DNA from: Holophagae bacterium
Lineage (GTDB): Bacteria > Acidobacteriota > Holophagae > Acanthopleuribacterales > Acanthopleuribacteraceae
NCBI GenBank assembly: GCA_050294955.1
Contig: JBNKOV010000005.1
Span: forward strand, 1-27,826
Direction of reading: 5' to 3'
DNA length: 27,826 nucleotides
The notes under the pieces are model-generated. The model did no database searches, was not told where the DNA came from, and saw nothing but the letters and a program-made list of their open reading frames with translations. Positions 7,737 to 17,123 of this stretch are shown here, piece after piece. Positions within the stretch are counted from its first letter, which is position 1. The number at the start of each line of letters is the position of its first letter. The translations under genes were made by a program, and so were the position numbers.

Positions 7737-9173
7737 TCAAGAGTCTTTCATTCGTTCTGCAAGTTTATCCCTGAAAAGGAAAAGCCCGACAATTACCACA
7801 ACCCACTGAATGACGGTCCACCGTATCAAGGAGCCTCCCGCATCAGAGAGCCACCAACCGATCAGAACCACGCCTTCCAATAAAATGAGCGTCATTGAAG
7901 CTGCGAAAATCCCTTTAAAAACGGGGCTCTTCTTTTTCAAAAATTCAGTGGAGAAACGACCCACTCCAACCTTAAGCACCATGAAGGCGAGGAAGATGCC
8001 TGAGAGGATAAGACCGACACCCCAAACAAAGTCCTGGTTATCAAAGAAAGCGTCGGAGCGCGCACTGGGTACGCCGACAACCACGCAAAGCCCTATGGTA
8101 ACGAAAAGCGACGTCTTTCTTGATAGTTGAAAGTCCATAAAGAATCGAGTGCTCAGCTCCACCATAGCCACAAGCGAGGTCATTGCAGCCGATGCCAGGC
8201 CAATAAAAAACAATAGGTTATAAATGTAGCCGCCGTTCATCTGGTTGAACAGAACAGGAACAGTGTGAAACGCAATGCCCCCCTTCCAGCTTGCCCCCGA
8301 AACATAATCCACAGCGCCCGTTCCCATGATGGCAAAAAGAGCTGGAAAGATGAGCAAGGCCACGATTAACTCAATGCCATTGTTGCCTAATCCTGTTGCC
8401 ATGGGCGTTGTAACCGGATCCTCCTGATCTCGGGCGTAAACTGCGTAGGCCAGCATTAAACCCCAGCCCGCGCCAGTTGACCAGGCAGACTGGGTGAGAC
8501 CGGCGATCCAATGGGCCGGATCCTTGAGTCTGTCCCACTCCACGCTAAAAAGATAATCCAGACCGGTGGGTCCGTCTCCTTCCGATCCCAACATAAGGCT
8601 GATCGATTTGATGGCCCCTACCACCAGGATAATGATGAGGGTTGGAATGAGGATTTTGTTCAACCATTCAATGCTCCGGGCGCCCTTTAGAACGACCCAG
8701 GCTGCCAGACCAATAGAAATTATGTGAAAGGCAACCGACGACCAGGTGTTGCGGAACCCGTCGAATAGAGTAATGGCCTGATCATAATCCAGCCCGTTCA
8801 AGTCGCCTGTGATAGCGTGTAGCATGTAGCGCAGCGTCCAGCCGGTTACTACTGCGTAATAACACATAATCAACATGGCGCAAATACTGATGAACCCGCC
8901 CATCCAGGAGAAGTTTCGGCCCACGAGTTTTGAAAAAGCGCCAAAAGGTCCCTTCCGGGTGTTCTGACCCGTGGAGAGTTCTACCATGAGCAGGGGGATC
9001 GACCAGAGTACAAGGAAAATAATCCACGGAATAAGGAAACTGCCGCCGCCGTTTTTGGCTACTTCTCTTGGAAAGCGCCAGATGTTGCCGGTCCCCACGG
9101 CCATGCCCATACAGGTTAGAATCATTGCCAGTCGGGAACTGAACCTTGGTCCCTTAAATCCATCCTTGCTCAT
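7737..9173 (-). CDS. Sodium-dependent transporter of the NSS/SNF (neurotransmitter:sodium symporter) family
   Basis: The GNIWRFPREVAKNGGGSFLIPW...ELSTGQ signature of the NSS family (LeuT/MhsT-like). Multiple hydrophobic segments. ATG at 9171-9173. Confidence 0.85.
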   Translation of the reverse strand: MSKDGFKGPRFSSRLAMILTCMGMAVGTGNIWRFPREVAKNGGGSFLIPWIIFLVLWSIPLLMVELSTGQNTRKGPFGAFSKLVGRNFSWMGGFISICAMLIMCYYAVVTGWTLRYMLHAITGDLNGLDYDQAITLFDGFRNTWSSVAFHIISIGLAAWVVLKGARSIEWLNKILIPTLIIILVVGAIKSISLMLGSEGDGPTGLDYLFSVEWDRLKDPAHWIAGLTQSAWSTGAGWGLMLAYAVYARDQEDPVTTPMATGLGNNGIELIVALLIFPALFAIMGTGAVDYVSGASWKGGIAFHTVPVLFNQMNGGYIYNLLFFIGLASAAMTSLVAMVELSTRFFMDFQLSRKTSLFVTIGLCVVVGVPSARSDAFFDNQDFVWGVGLILSGIFLAFMVLKVGVGRFSTEFLKKKSPVFKGIFAASMTLILLEGVVLIGWWLSDAGGSLIRWTVIQWVVVIVGLFLFRDKLAERMKDS

Positions 9174-9189
9174 TGCCTACACCCCATTG

Positions 9190-9218
9190 CGATAAAATGC
9201 ATAATCATTCGATAAAAT
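9190..9218. repeat. Direct repeat CGATAAAAT x2 with 20-bp periodicity, 17-45 bp upstream of the NSS transporter start. A possible operator or promoter element.
   Basis: cgataaaat occurs at 9190-9198 and 9210-9218. The second copy is embedded in a TCGAT..ATCGA 5-bp inverted repeat. Confidence 0.3.
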
Positions 9219-9454
9219 AATCGACGCCTTTATTTCACCCTATGGAGCCCTGTCCTGTCAAAGATAATCTCGGTTCTCTTCGCTAAAGTCTGCGTTCGTT
9301 CCACTCGGAAACCGCGCTAACGCCCATATTTTTGTTTCTTTCAGAACACTCAAAATTTGTAGACCCTCTAGTTTAATATCTTGATTTATAATAGTTTATT
9401 GGGCCTTCCCCTTTGTGAAAGTGAAACCTTTTTTTTGAGCGTCAGAATCTATTT

Positions 9455-12400
9455 CTATGATGGTTTGTTCTGACGTCGCACCTGGGGCTTGGGCGGGGGT
9501 TTTGGTTTGGGCTCTGGTTTAGCGCTCTCTACTTCTGGCGCGGTCATTTCCTTGAGGCGGCTGATGACCCATTGTTGCGTGCTCAGGGACCGTTCCATTG
9601 CGGTCTGCAGGCCCAAAAGCTTAGTATCCTGTTGGGCCATGCCTTCTTGAAGCGGCTTGAGCCATTGCTCCATCACATGAAACTGTTTTTCCAGCAAAAT
9701 GAGCATGGCCTGACGTTCTTCTCTTCCAGTTGCTTTGGACATTTTGAGGGTGGCCTTCAAGGCGGTGAGCGTTTCCTCATCTATGCCGCCAGATCGGGCT
9801 GGCGGGTTCTCCACGAACTTGCTGAACATTTCCTTCATTGAAGTGGAGTCCAGGTCGCTATCGCTAGCTGACGCCTTTTTAACGGATATCGCTTTAACCA
9901 TTTGCGCTGCGATCTTGCGTAGGGCGAGAAGCGTTGCTTCGTCCAATCCGCCGCTTTTAGGTGTTTCAAGAGCCTGCACGACTCTGTCTGTCATCACTTT
10001 AATCGCGTCGAGCGTGTCCCGATTGTCATTTTCGTTTCTACTTTGTTCCAGAATGTCTTTGATCGTGGAGAGCATGACCTCATCTCCACTCTTCCCGCTC
10101 AGGCGCTCGACGGCATTGGCCAGGGCTCCTTGAATGCCCTCCAACCCCTGGCCGAGTCCCGCTAACTGCAAAATGGCCTGGCCCATGCGATCATCGCCAG
10201 CCGCAGTGAGCGACAGGTTTCTGGCGAACGTGGATTTAATGTCCTCCCATCGCTTAATCTCCTCTTCGGTCATTTTCCCAGTAAGTTCCTTGAACTTGAG
10301 CAGGTTGGCCTCAGCGCCCGACGTTAGCGTCTGGGACTCGTTTTCATAATGGGAGTGAATGAGACTTTCCAGCTCCTCATCGTTCATGATGGGAAGCACC
10401 TTTTCTGCAATCTTATTCATATTGCGATAGGAACCTTGAAGCTTAAAGGATGGTTCGGTGCGGTAGGCGTCCGCCTGGGCCGCCGATTCGATATACTGGA
10501 GGTTTACTGCCAGAATAACATCCCTCACCCGAAGCAATTTGCTCAAAACATTCACGAAATCGTTGATTTCTTCGCCTGAGTAATTTCCCTCCAGTTCTAC
10601 ACCCTCACGAGAGCCCTTTTCTGCAATTTTTATCAGGCTATATACGTCTTTCTGACTGCGAGACATCAACTTGTTCAGGGTGGCGTTGGAGGTGAGACAG
10701 TTTTCTATATAGCTCATGCGGAACACGTCTTCCGTATCGCCGATGATATCGCCAAGGTTATAGGTGTCTGCACGGTTGGCCAACATGTCCGGGATCTGAA
10801 ATTTCTCGCCGCTTTCCGTGTAAGGGTTGCCCGCCATCACCACGGCCACTTTTTTCCCCCGTAGATCGTAGGTTCTGGAGACCCCTTTGTAGACCCCTTC
10901 AATTTTCCGTTGACCGTCGCAAAGTGAAATGAATTTTTGGAGGAGTTCCGGGTTGCAATGCTGAATGTCGTCGAGATAAATCATGATATTGTCGCCCATC
11001 TCGAAAGCCAGATTCAACTTTTTCAGCTCGTCCCGAGCGGAAGCATTGGGCGCCTCTGCTGGATCCAGGGAGGTTACCTGGTGACCAATGGCCGGGCCGT
11101 TGATTTTCATGAAAATGACGCCCAAACGATCCGCAACATATTCCATTAGAGTGGTTTTACCATAACCGGGCGGGGAAATGAGCAATAGCATGCCCATGAG
11201 GTCGGTGCGCTTCTTTTCTCCAACAACTCCCACTTGCTTGGCCAGGTTATCCCCGATTAGAGACAGGTAAACCTTGTCTATAAGTTGGTTCCGGACAAAC
11301 GAACTGAGAATGCGAGGTTTGAATTCGTCCAACTTTAAATCTTTGCGGAAACCTTCGGCCAGTTGCTTTTTCAGGGCCAGGTATTCGATGAAGCGTGGAA
11401 CCTGCTCTGCCTCATAGGCTTCCAGTTTTTGGATGAAGTGATTGTAATGCAGGTGGTAAACGCCTTTTTTAATGAGGTTGTGGTCGCCGCGCAAGCCCTC
11501 AATGGTCTGACTCACATGGGTGTGAATAACCCGAGCCCGGTCGAAATGACCACAATAGTAAAGGGCGGCCGCCTCGTCGATATAATCCTCATTCTCCGGG
11601 GATTGATTTTTGACATAGGCTCCGATCCAGTCTCGTACAAGGAAAAATCGGTTGATTGGGTCGTCCTGCAAAGCGTCCGTGGTTTCGTCGAAATGCTTTC
11701 GGGACTTGTTTTCCCTGAGGTACTTATCGAACCCGTCGTAAACGTCTGAGGCATTTTGGCTAATGCAAAACCCCTCGCCGCTGGTGAGTTCCCTGAATAA
11801 GTAGACGGCGGCATCCTTGATCCAAATCTCTGAAAAAAGACCGGTTTCTTTTAAGAATCGACCGATTAACTGCTCCAATTCATTCACATAACTTTTGGAG
11901 CGTTCGGGATCAGGGAATAGCTTTTCTATGGCGCCTACGCCCCTGCACGTGCGTTCCAGGACGGTTTTTCGGTTCTGCGGGCACCAGGTCAACCAAAATA
12001 CAGCGGCGCATGCGCGGGCTTCGCTGGGATAGATGAGCAGGCCGATCTGACTATGCAACTTGAGGAGGGCTACCAGCATCAGGGCGGCGTCCTGGTCATG
12101 AACGCCCTTGGCGTAACCCTCTTGGAATCTTGGACCCATGAATTTTTGGATCTCTTTTTGCATTACTTCTCGGGTTTGATTGGAAGCTGCCCTAATCTGG
12201 CCATCTCTTTGCAAATGAAGCAGATACTGATAGGCCAGGTACTCGCCGCGATAGACCTCCCTGCTCTCCGATAGGTATTCACGGTCCCAGAGATCTTGAG
12301 TTTCCAAAAATTGAGGATCTGCTATTTTTTCGAAGAAATTGGTGCCGGTGAGGTGATAGTATTGACCGTCTTCCCGTGCGACAATGGTGAGGGCCAGATC

Positions 12401-12925
12401 CTGGGTGTTAACGGAGAATCGGTGTTCTCCCAGCCGAATGACATTGTCTCCGCCTTCGAAAAGATCCTGGCGATCCTTGAGTTGGCGCACGGCGTCTTCC
12501 CTGATGGTCTTTAACTGGCTCTGCAGGGAGTCGGCCTTCACCGAGTCGTCAAGGTCCTTTAATTGGGATACAATGTCTCGCACTTTTTCGATCATGAGAT
12601 CGCCAGCAAAATAGCCGTTGATCTCGTTAATCGTTTTGAAATTGCCAATCCTGTTTTTGATGCCCTTCAGGATGCGATCTGCCGCACTCATCAGTGCGCC
12701 TGTCCGCTTGTTGCGGGCCTCCACCAGGTTTAGCTTTTTGGCTTCAAAGGCGTTGTAGATCTCATCCCGCTTCTCGGCAAGCTGAACCGCAAACTCGTCA
12801 AAATCTGCGAATCTTCCTTCCAGCTCTTCTACCTGCACCATAAGCCGAGTGAGATAATTATCGCATTTTTCCGGTTCATCGCAGACATCCAGGTAGTTGA
12901 TCATGGCCTGGCTGAGCAGCTTCAT
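9455..12925 (-). CDS. Large (1156 aa) protein with a central MoxR/McrB-class AAA+ ATPase core and long non-ATPase N- and C-terminal regions. Last gene of the flotillin-linked operon.
   Basis: Walker A LLISPPGYGKTTL at about aa 583-592. Walker B and sensor MIYLDDIQHCNPELLQKFISL. VVMAGNPYTESGEKFQIPDMLANRAD is equivalent to the MoxR segment ATQNP..E..LPEA.LDRF. The C-terminal tail is Pro/Lys-rich: KPEPKPKPPPKPQVRRQNKPS. The ATG at 12923-12925 overlaps the TGA of the upstream gene (ATGA). Confidence 0.65.
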   Translation of the reverse strand: MKLLSQAMINYLDVCDEPEKCDNYLTRLMVQVEELEGRFADFDEFAVQLAEKRDEIYNAFEAKKLNLVEARNKRTGALMSAADRILKGIKNRIGNFKTINEINGYFAGDLMIEKVRDIVSQLKDLDDSVKADSLQSQLKTIREDAVRQLKDRQDLFEGGDNVIRLGEHRFSVNTQDLALTIVAREDGQYYHLTGTNFFEKIADPQFLETQDLWDREYLSESREVYRGEYLAYQYLLHLQRDGQIRAASNQTREVMQKEIQKFMGPRFQEGYAKGVHDQDAALMLVALLKLHSQIGLLIYPSEARACAAVFWLTWCPQNRKTVLERTCRGVGAIEKLFPDPERSKSYVNELEQLIGRFLKETGLFSEIWIKDAAVYLFRELTSGEGFCISQNASDVYDGFDKYLRENKSRKHFDETTDALQDDPINRFFLVRDWIGAYVKNQSPENEDYIDEAAALYYCGHFDRARVIHTHVSQTIEGLRGDHNLIKKGVYHLHYNHFIQKLEAYEAEQVPRFIEYLALKKQLAEGFRKDLKLDEFKPRILSSFVRNQLIDKVYLSLIGDNLAKQVGVVGEKKRTDLMGMLLLISPPGYGKTTLMEYVADRLGVIFMKINGPAIGHQVTSLDPAEAPNASARDELKKLNLAFEMGDNIMIYLDDIQHCNPELLQKFISLCDGQRKIEGVYKGVSRTYDLRGKKVAVVMAGNPYTESGEKFQIPDMLANRADTYNLGDIIGDTEDVFRMSYIENCLTSNATLNKLMSRSQKDVYSLIKIAEKGSREGVELEGNYSGEEINDFVNVLSKLLRVRDVILAVNLQYIESAAQADAYRTEPSFKLQGSYRNMNKIAEKVLPIMNDEELESLIHSHYENESQTLTSGAEANLLKFKELTGKMTEEEIKRWEDIKSTFARNLSLTAAGDDRMGQAILQLAGLGQGLEGIQGALANAVERLSGKSGDEVMLSTIKDILEQSRNENDNRDTLDAIKVMTDRVVQALETPKSGGLDEATLLALRKIAAQMVKAISVKKASASDSDLDSTSMKEMFSKFVENPPARSGGIDEETLTALKATLKMSKATGREERQAMLILLEKQFHVMEQWLKPLQEGMAQQDTKLLGLQTAMERSLSTQQWVISRLKEMTAPEVESAKPEPKPKPPPKPQVRRQNKPS

Positions 12926-14973
12926 TTGAGCATTGTATTCGGCAGCCCCTTCGGATTTGCCATTTCCCTGCTGCGGTTCTTGAGCTCTGCCCGTATTTGA
13001 TTCAACCGAGTGTAAATATCTGATATAGCGTCAATTATTTCGGTAGTTTTTGTCGGGTCGTCTATCTTCAGATTGCTGACGATTTCAATCAAAAGCTCCA
13101 GCTCAGATCCGTTCTTGGCAAGGGCTTCTTCGATCTCTTTAGCTTCGCTCACCTTCTCGAAGGACTCAACAGCTCCAGCCTGATCGGTGATCCGGTCCTC
13201 ATAGGGTTGAAGCGCGTTAGGACTTAATAGGAAATTAACGCAGTCAGACGACAGTTTGTCGCGTTGCTCCTTTACCAGATCATTCAGGTTCTCAATGAGT
13301 TGTGTGTCGGCATAGCGCAATTCGCCTGCAGAAATGATTTCGCCGCTAATCACACGAAGCTCTGATAGTTTGTGGACAAACTCTTCTATGGACTCGAACC
13401 TGGAGCGTTTGATATGGTTTAGCAGTTCGTGAGTATTGTCAGCTACGGTCTGGGTCTGCTGTTTGGTTGCTCGCTTTACCTTTTGAACCTTGTCAAACTC
13501 ATCAACGGCGGAACCGGCAGCCTCGCGAATCCCAGCCAGCGCCTCAGCCAAATTAAAGGCCTCTTCGTTTGCGAGCCAGAACCAGGCTTCGCTGACGTCC
13601 CCGGCTTTTTTCACGATGTCGATATACAGAGATGCGTAGATTTCTTCCCGTTCAATGAGATTCAATATCTCATTGCACTCTGCCATAGCCCTCACAATAT
13701 CTTTGTTCCCAATTTTATACAACGGGTTGTCTGATGAGGCGCCAACCTCGAAACCGTCACTCACATAGGGGGTTTGCCAGAATTGCACTGTGTGGTGTTT
13801 CTGGGGTTCTTCCTCGGCCCGGAAGTACACCAGCTCGCCACTATTAAAGATAGAGTAACCCTCGCAAATTATAGGGGTTGCTACCTCTTGACTGATGAGG
13901 TTGTAGGAGAGCAGCACATAGTGGCCCTGTTCTCGCTGGTAAAAGCAGTATAGATAGTCTTCCCCATTTGGAGAGGCCACCCTACAATCGAACATCATGT
14001 CGGAGAAATCGGTGTCAAAAATTTTGTGGCGGCCTGTGGCCAGATAATAACCATTGGGAAAAATAATCCCGTGATCGTCAGGCAGGAAGACACAGGTGCT
14101 TTCAATTGCGTCTATTCGAGTTACAGTCCCCAGTTTTTCGTTAAATACAAAATAACGATACTGCTTTTCCTGGTAGGGCTTGATCTTTAACAGAATGAGG
14201 TGGCCCACAATCGTGTAATAGAATTCACCGTCGTCCAGATTCTGATCGGGGTCGTCCACAGGTTCGTTGTAAATGCCAACCCCGTCTCGGGTGTTGTCAT
14301 CTATTTTAATAGTGAGATCGCCGCCAACTGTTTCTACAAAAACCCTGTCCTCTATAGAGATATGGGGATGTTCCCCAGAGCGGTGATAGTCGCGGTGGGT
14401 GCGCTTCCAAACGAAATCGTGTTGGGTTGGATACTTGAATTCCGCATCGCTTCGGTTGTCGATGTAAGTTATTGAATCGTCTTTGATGAGCCACTTGAAG
14501 GTCTTGATGTCTGTGGCGGATTTTCCCACACGGAAGACCATAAACAGATGTGGCCCGATTTGGGTGAACTTTGCGAAGATCGTGTTCTTGTAATAGCGGT
14601 AGAGATTTTCAAAGTCTTCGTGGAACTTGGGGTTGTTCAACAGTTCAAGGTCTCTTTTTTTGAACTGGTGATCCACAAAATCATAGATTGAAAAAACATC
14701 GTGCAGCTTGATCTCGGATCGCAAGCCAACCTGAACGTTGTAGCCGAATATGAAACGAGTCCCCAATGGGAAAAGGTCTCTGGGCGTACAGTTGTTGTCG
14801 GTGTTAATCCGATCACTGCCAAGAAGTTTGGTCTCAACCGACCCGAAGACCTCTTTTCGAGCCTCATTCAAGGAGTTCAAGCGGTCCTTAAGCTCCTTGC
14901 CCAAGGTGTTCAATCTTCCGCGAATTATCTCGTAAGCGCCCCCTTCAAGGGTAACTTCTTCTGTACCTTCCAT
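12922..14973 (-). CDS. 683-aa conserved hypothetical protein translationally coupled to the AAA+ protein. It has a beta-rich central region, an alpha-helical C-terminal third and no recognisable catalytic motif.
   Basis: Long intact ORF. Its stop overlaps the downstream start. It lies 83 nt downstream of flotillin in the same orientation. I found no Walker, vWA-MIDAS or nuclease motifs by eye. Confidence 0.6.
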   Translation of the reverse strand: MEGTEEVTLEGGAYEIIRGRLNTLGKELKDRLNSLNEARKEVFGSVETKLLGSDRINTDNNCTPRDLFPLGTRFIFGYNVQVGLRSEIKLHDVFSIYDFVDHQFKKRDLELLNNPKFHEDFENLYRYYKNTIFAKFTQIGPHLFMVFRVGKSATDIKTFKWLIKDDSITYIDNRSDAEFKYPTQHDFVWKRTHRDYHRSGEHPHISIEDRVFVETVGGDLTIKIDDNTRDGVGIYNEPVDDPDQNLDDGEFYYTIVGHLILLKIKPYQEKQYRYFVFNEKLGTVTRIDAIESTCVFLPDDHGIIFPNGYYLATGRHKIFDTDFSDMMFDCRVASPNGEDYLYCFYQREQGHYVLLSYNLISQEVATPIICEGYSIFNSGELVYFRAEEEPQKHHTVQFWQTPYVSDGFEVGASSDNPLYKIGNKDIVRAMAECNEILNLIEREEIYASLYIDIVKKAGDVSEAWFWLANEEAFNLAEALAGIREAAGSAVDEFDKVQKVKRATKQQTQTVADNTHELLNHIKRSRFESIEEFVHKLSELRVISGEIISAGELRYADTQLIENLNDLVKEQRDKLSSDCVNFLLSPNALQPYEDRITDQAGAVESFEKVSEAKEIEEALAKNGSELELLIEIVSNLKIDDPTKTTEIIDAISDIYTRLNQIRAELKNRSREMANPKGLPNTMLK

Positions 14974-15015
14974 GCGCTGCCTGTCCCCAAATAATATTTA
15001 AATCCATTGCCAGAG

Positions 15016-15054
15016 CTCCAAAGAGGCGACCGCCAGAACGGCCGCCCTTTGGAG
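15016..15054 (-). promoter_or_regulatory. Strong intra-operon RNA hairpin 2 nt after the flotillin stop codon (8-bp and 8-bp stems separated by a bulge, 6-nt loop, one G-U wobble on the minus-strand transcript)
   Basis: The minus-strand RNA reads CUCCAAAG-GGCGGCCG-UUCUGG-CGGUCGCC-U-CUUUGGAG. The outer 8-bp pairing is perfect. There is no clean U-tract after it, so it is more likely an attenuator, processing or stability element than a full terminator. Confidence 0.5.
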
Positions 15055-15056
15055 AT

Positions 15057-17120
15057 TTATTTAAAGAGCAGGGAAGCGGACTGGCCGCCCAGGCCCAATT
15101 TTTCGAGGATGCCCATGCCGTGTTTCAGCAATCCTGTGGTCTCCTCATTATCGGATAGGGAGATCATCCGGCTGACCAGCGCTGAAAGTGTGAGGTTCTT
15201 CACGTCTTCAGAGGTCATGCCGAATTGGCCTACGAATTTCTTTAACTGGCTTTTGAAGTATTCCGGATCTCCGTTAAAGAAGGTTTCCTTCACATCGCTG
15301 AGCACTTCACTGTTGCTAACGAGGCGATCCACTGCTTTGCCTTGAGTTATGGTGGATGTAATCTTGTCAAAGAAGGCGCCGTCTCCGCCTACGATATCGA
15401 TCTTGGCCGTTCTCAATGCTTCCTGAATGATGGCTGCCTGGGAGGCGGCGATATCTTTCTGTGCGAGGATTTTGGCAAGTTCAATTTCCTTGGCCTGGTT
15501 CAAGCGCAATTTAAATTCTTCGTGCTCGCGTCCAACGCCGTCCAACTTCTTCATGGCGTCGGCCTTCTTCTCAATGCCAAGCGCCTCTGCGTGACTCTTG
15601 CGCTGGAGGACATTGGCTTCTGCTTCGCCTTGTTTCTCAATGGCCACAGCATGGGCCTCCAGGCCTTTGGCTTCCGCTAGCGCCTTCTTCTCATGGATGG
15701 AGGCCTCAACATTGCCCATTTTCTCCGACGCGTCCGCTTTGGCGGTCATCACCTCGGCTTCTGCAAGACCAATAGCGGCTTCTTCGGCAGCCTTGGCCTC
15801 CGCCATCAGCTTTCGAGCTTCTGCTTTTAAGTCGGAAGCTTTGCGGTCCGCCTCTGCTTCCACTACGTTTTGCTCAGCTTTCAATTCTGCGGCCCGCTTG
15901 CCGGCTTCTGCGGCCTTTACCTGCCGCAGAGCTTCCTCTTCGGCCTGGGATGATGCCGCCGTTATGGCTACGGCCTTGTTTCGATCAGCTTCGGCAGTGG
16001 CCTGGGTGTCTTTGATTTTCTCCTGCTCTTCTACAACGGACCGTTCCACCGTGACTCTTTCCCGGATGATTTCTTGGATGTTCTTGCGCTCTTCTTCCAG
16101 AGCGCGTTCTTTTTCAATACGAGCCAGCTCCACAACGCGCTCTCGCTCGTTGACTTCCAGAAGGCGGTCTTTTTCAACCCGTTCCTTCTCAACAGCGCCG
16201 GTTTTTTCTTTGCTCATCTGGGCCACAAGCACCTGACGGGCCTTGTTCTCTTCGGCAATTTGAACTTCTTCTTCGGTGGCGATGCGCGCCTGTTCGGCCT
16301 TCAGGCGTTCTTCCTGTTGAACCTTCATGGTTTCAGCAGTTTCACGAGCCTTGGTCGATGCGATCTCCCTTCTCTGACGTTCCTCGGCCTCAGCCTGTTG
16401 ACGCTCCAGTTCCAGGATCTGTTCTTTTGCTTCAACATCTTGACGTTTTAGGGATTTATCTCGTTCACGCTCGATCTTGTTGGCTTGAACCCGTTGGGTG
16501 GCGGTAAGATCGGTGATCTTTTTTATGCCTTCTGCATCCAAGATATTAAATGGATCCAGCTCGGTCATGGGTGTTTGTTCCAGATAATCAATGGCGGTGT
16601 CTTCAAGGATATAGCCGTTCAGGTCGGTGCCAATGATCTGTTGCACTTCGTCTTTGAATTCCCTACGAGCATTGTACAGATCGACAAAATCGAATTTCTT
16701 GCCCACTGTTTTCAGGGCTTCGGAAAATTTAGCGTCGAACAATTCCACCAGTGTGGTCTGATTGGAGGCGCGATCACAGCCAATGAGTTGGGCTACCTTT
16801 AAAACGTCTTCAATGGTTTTGTTCACTTTCACAAAGAAGACGACTTTGATGTCCGCCCGCATGTTGTCTCTGCAGATAAGACCTTCAGAGCCCTGTCGAT
16901 GAATTTCAATGCGTTTCACCGAAATGTCCATGGTTTCGGCTCGGTGAATGACGGGAATCACCACCAGTCCGCTGAAGTTCACCTTGGCGCCGCCGAATCC
17001 GTTTCGAACAATAGCTTTGCCCTGGTCCACCTTACGGTAGGAGTTGACCAGGATAAACCCCAGTCCAAACAGAAATATCAGGCCAATGACCAGGCCAATT
17101 ATTCCAACTTGTTCTAACAT
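15057..17120 (-). CDS. Flotillin / YqiK-like SPFH (band 7) domain membrane scaffold protein with a long Ala/Glu-rich coiled-coil
   Basis: N-terminal transmembrane segment (IIGLVIGLIFLFGLGFILV) followed by an SPFH core. The region EAEA...AEAKAAEEAA is an extended, strongly charged coiled-coil typical of flotillins. ATG at 17118-17120 with a GGGAGAG Shine-Dalgarno. It lies 3 nt after the NfeD-like stop. Confidence 0.85.
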   Translation of the reverse strand: MLEQVGIIGLVIGLIFLFGLGFILVNSYRKVDQGKAIVRNGFGGAKVNFSGLVVIPVIHRAETMDISVKRIEIHRQGSEGLICRDNMRADIKVVFFVKVNKTIEDVLKVAQLIGCDRASNQTTLVELFDAKFSEALKTVGKKFDFVDLYNARREFKDEVQQIIGTDLNGYILEDTAIDYLEQTPMTELDPFNILDAEGIKKITDLTATQRVQANKIERERDKSLKRQDVEAKEQILELERQQAEAEERQRREIASTKARETAETMKVQQEERLKAEQARIATEEEVQIAEENKARQVLVAQMSKEKTGAVEKERVEKDRLLEVNERERVVELARIEKERALEEERKNIQEIIRERVTVERSVVEEQEKIKDTQATAEADRNKAVAITAASSQAEEEALRQVKAAEAGKRAAELKAEQNVVEAEADRKASDLKAEARKLMAEAKAAEEAAIGLAEAEVMTAKADASEKMGNVEASIHEKKALAEAKGLEAHAVAIEKQGEAEANVLQRKSHAEALGIEKKADAMKKLDGVGREHEEFKLRLNQAKEIELAKILAQKDIAASQAAIIQEALRTAKIDIVGGDGAFFDKITSTITQGKAVDRLVSNSEVLSDVKETFFNGDPEYFKSQLKKFVGQFGMTSEDVKNLTLSALVSRMISLSDNEETTGLLKHGMGILEKLGLGGQSASLLFK

Positions 17121-17123
17121 TGC

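Noticed and set aside
9437-9479. Inverted repeat CGTCAGAA / TTCTGACG spanning the stop codon of the AAA+ gene, with an adjacent T8 run
   Set aside because: The T-run precedes the stem on the plus strand, and on the minus strand an A-run follows it. The polarity is wrong for an intrinsic terminator on either strand.
15598-16451. Plus-strand ORFs (212 aa Ser/Ala-rich; 125 aa Phe/Leu-rich) antisense to flotillin
   Set aside because: They are mirror images of the Ala/Glu-rich coiled-coil codons of the flotillin gene. Their biased composition is an antisense artefact.
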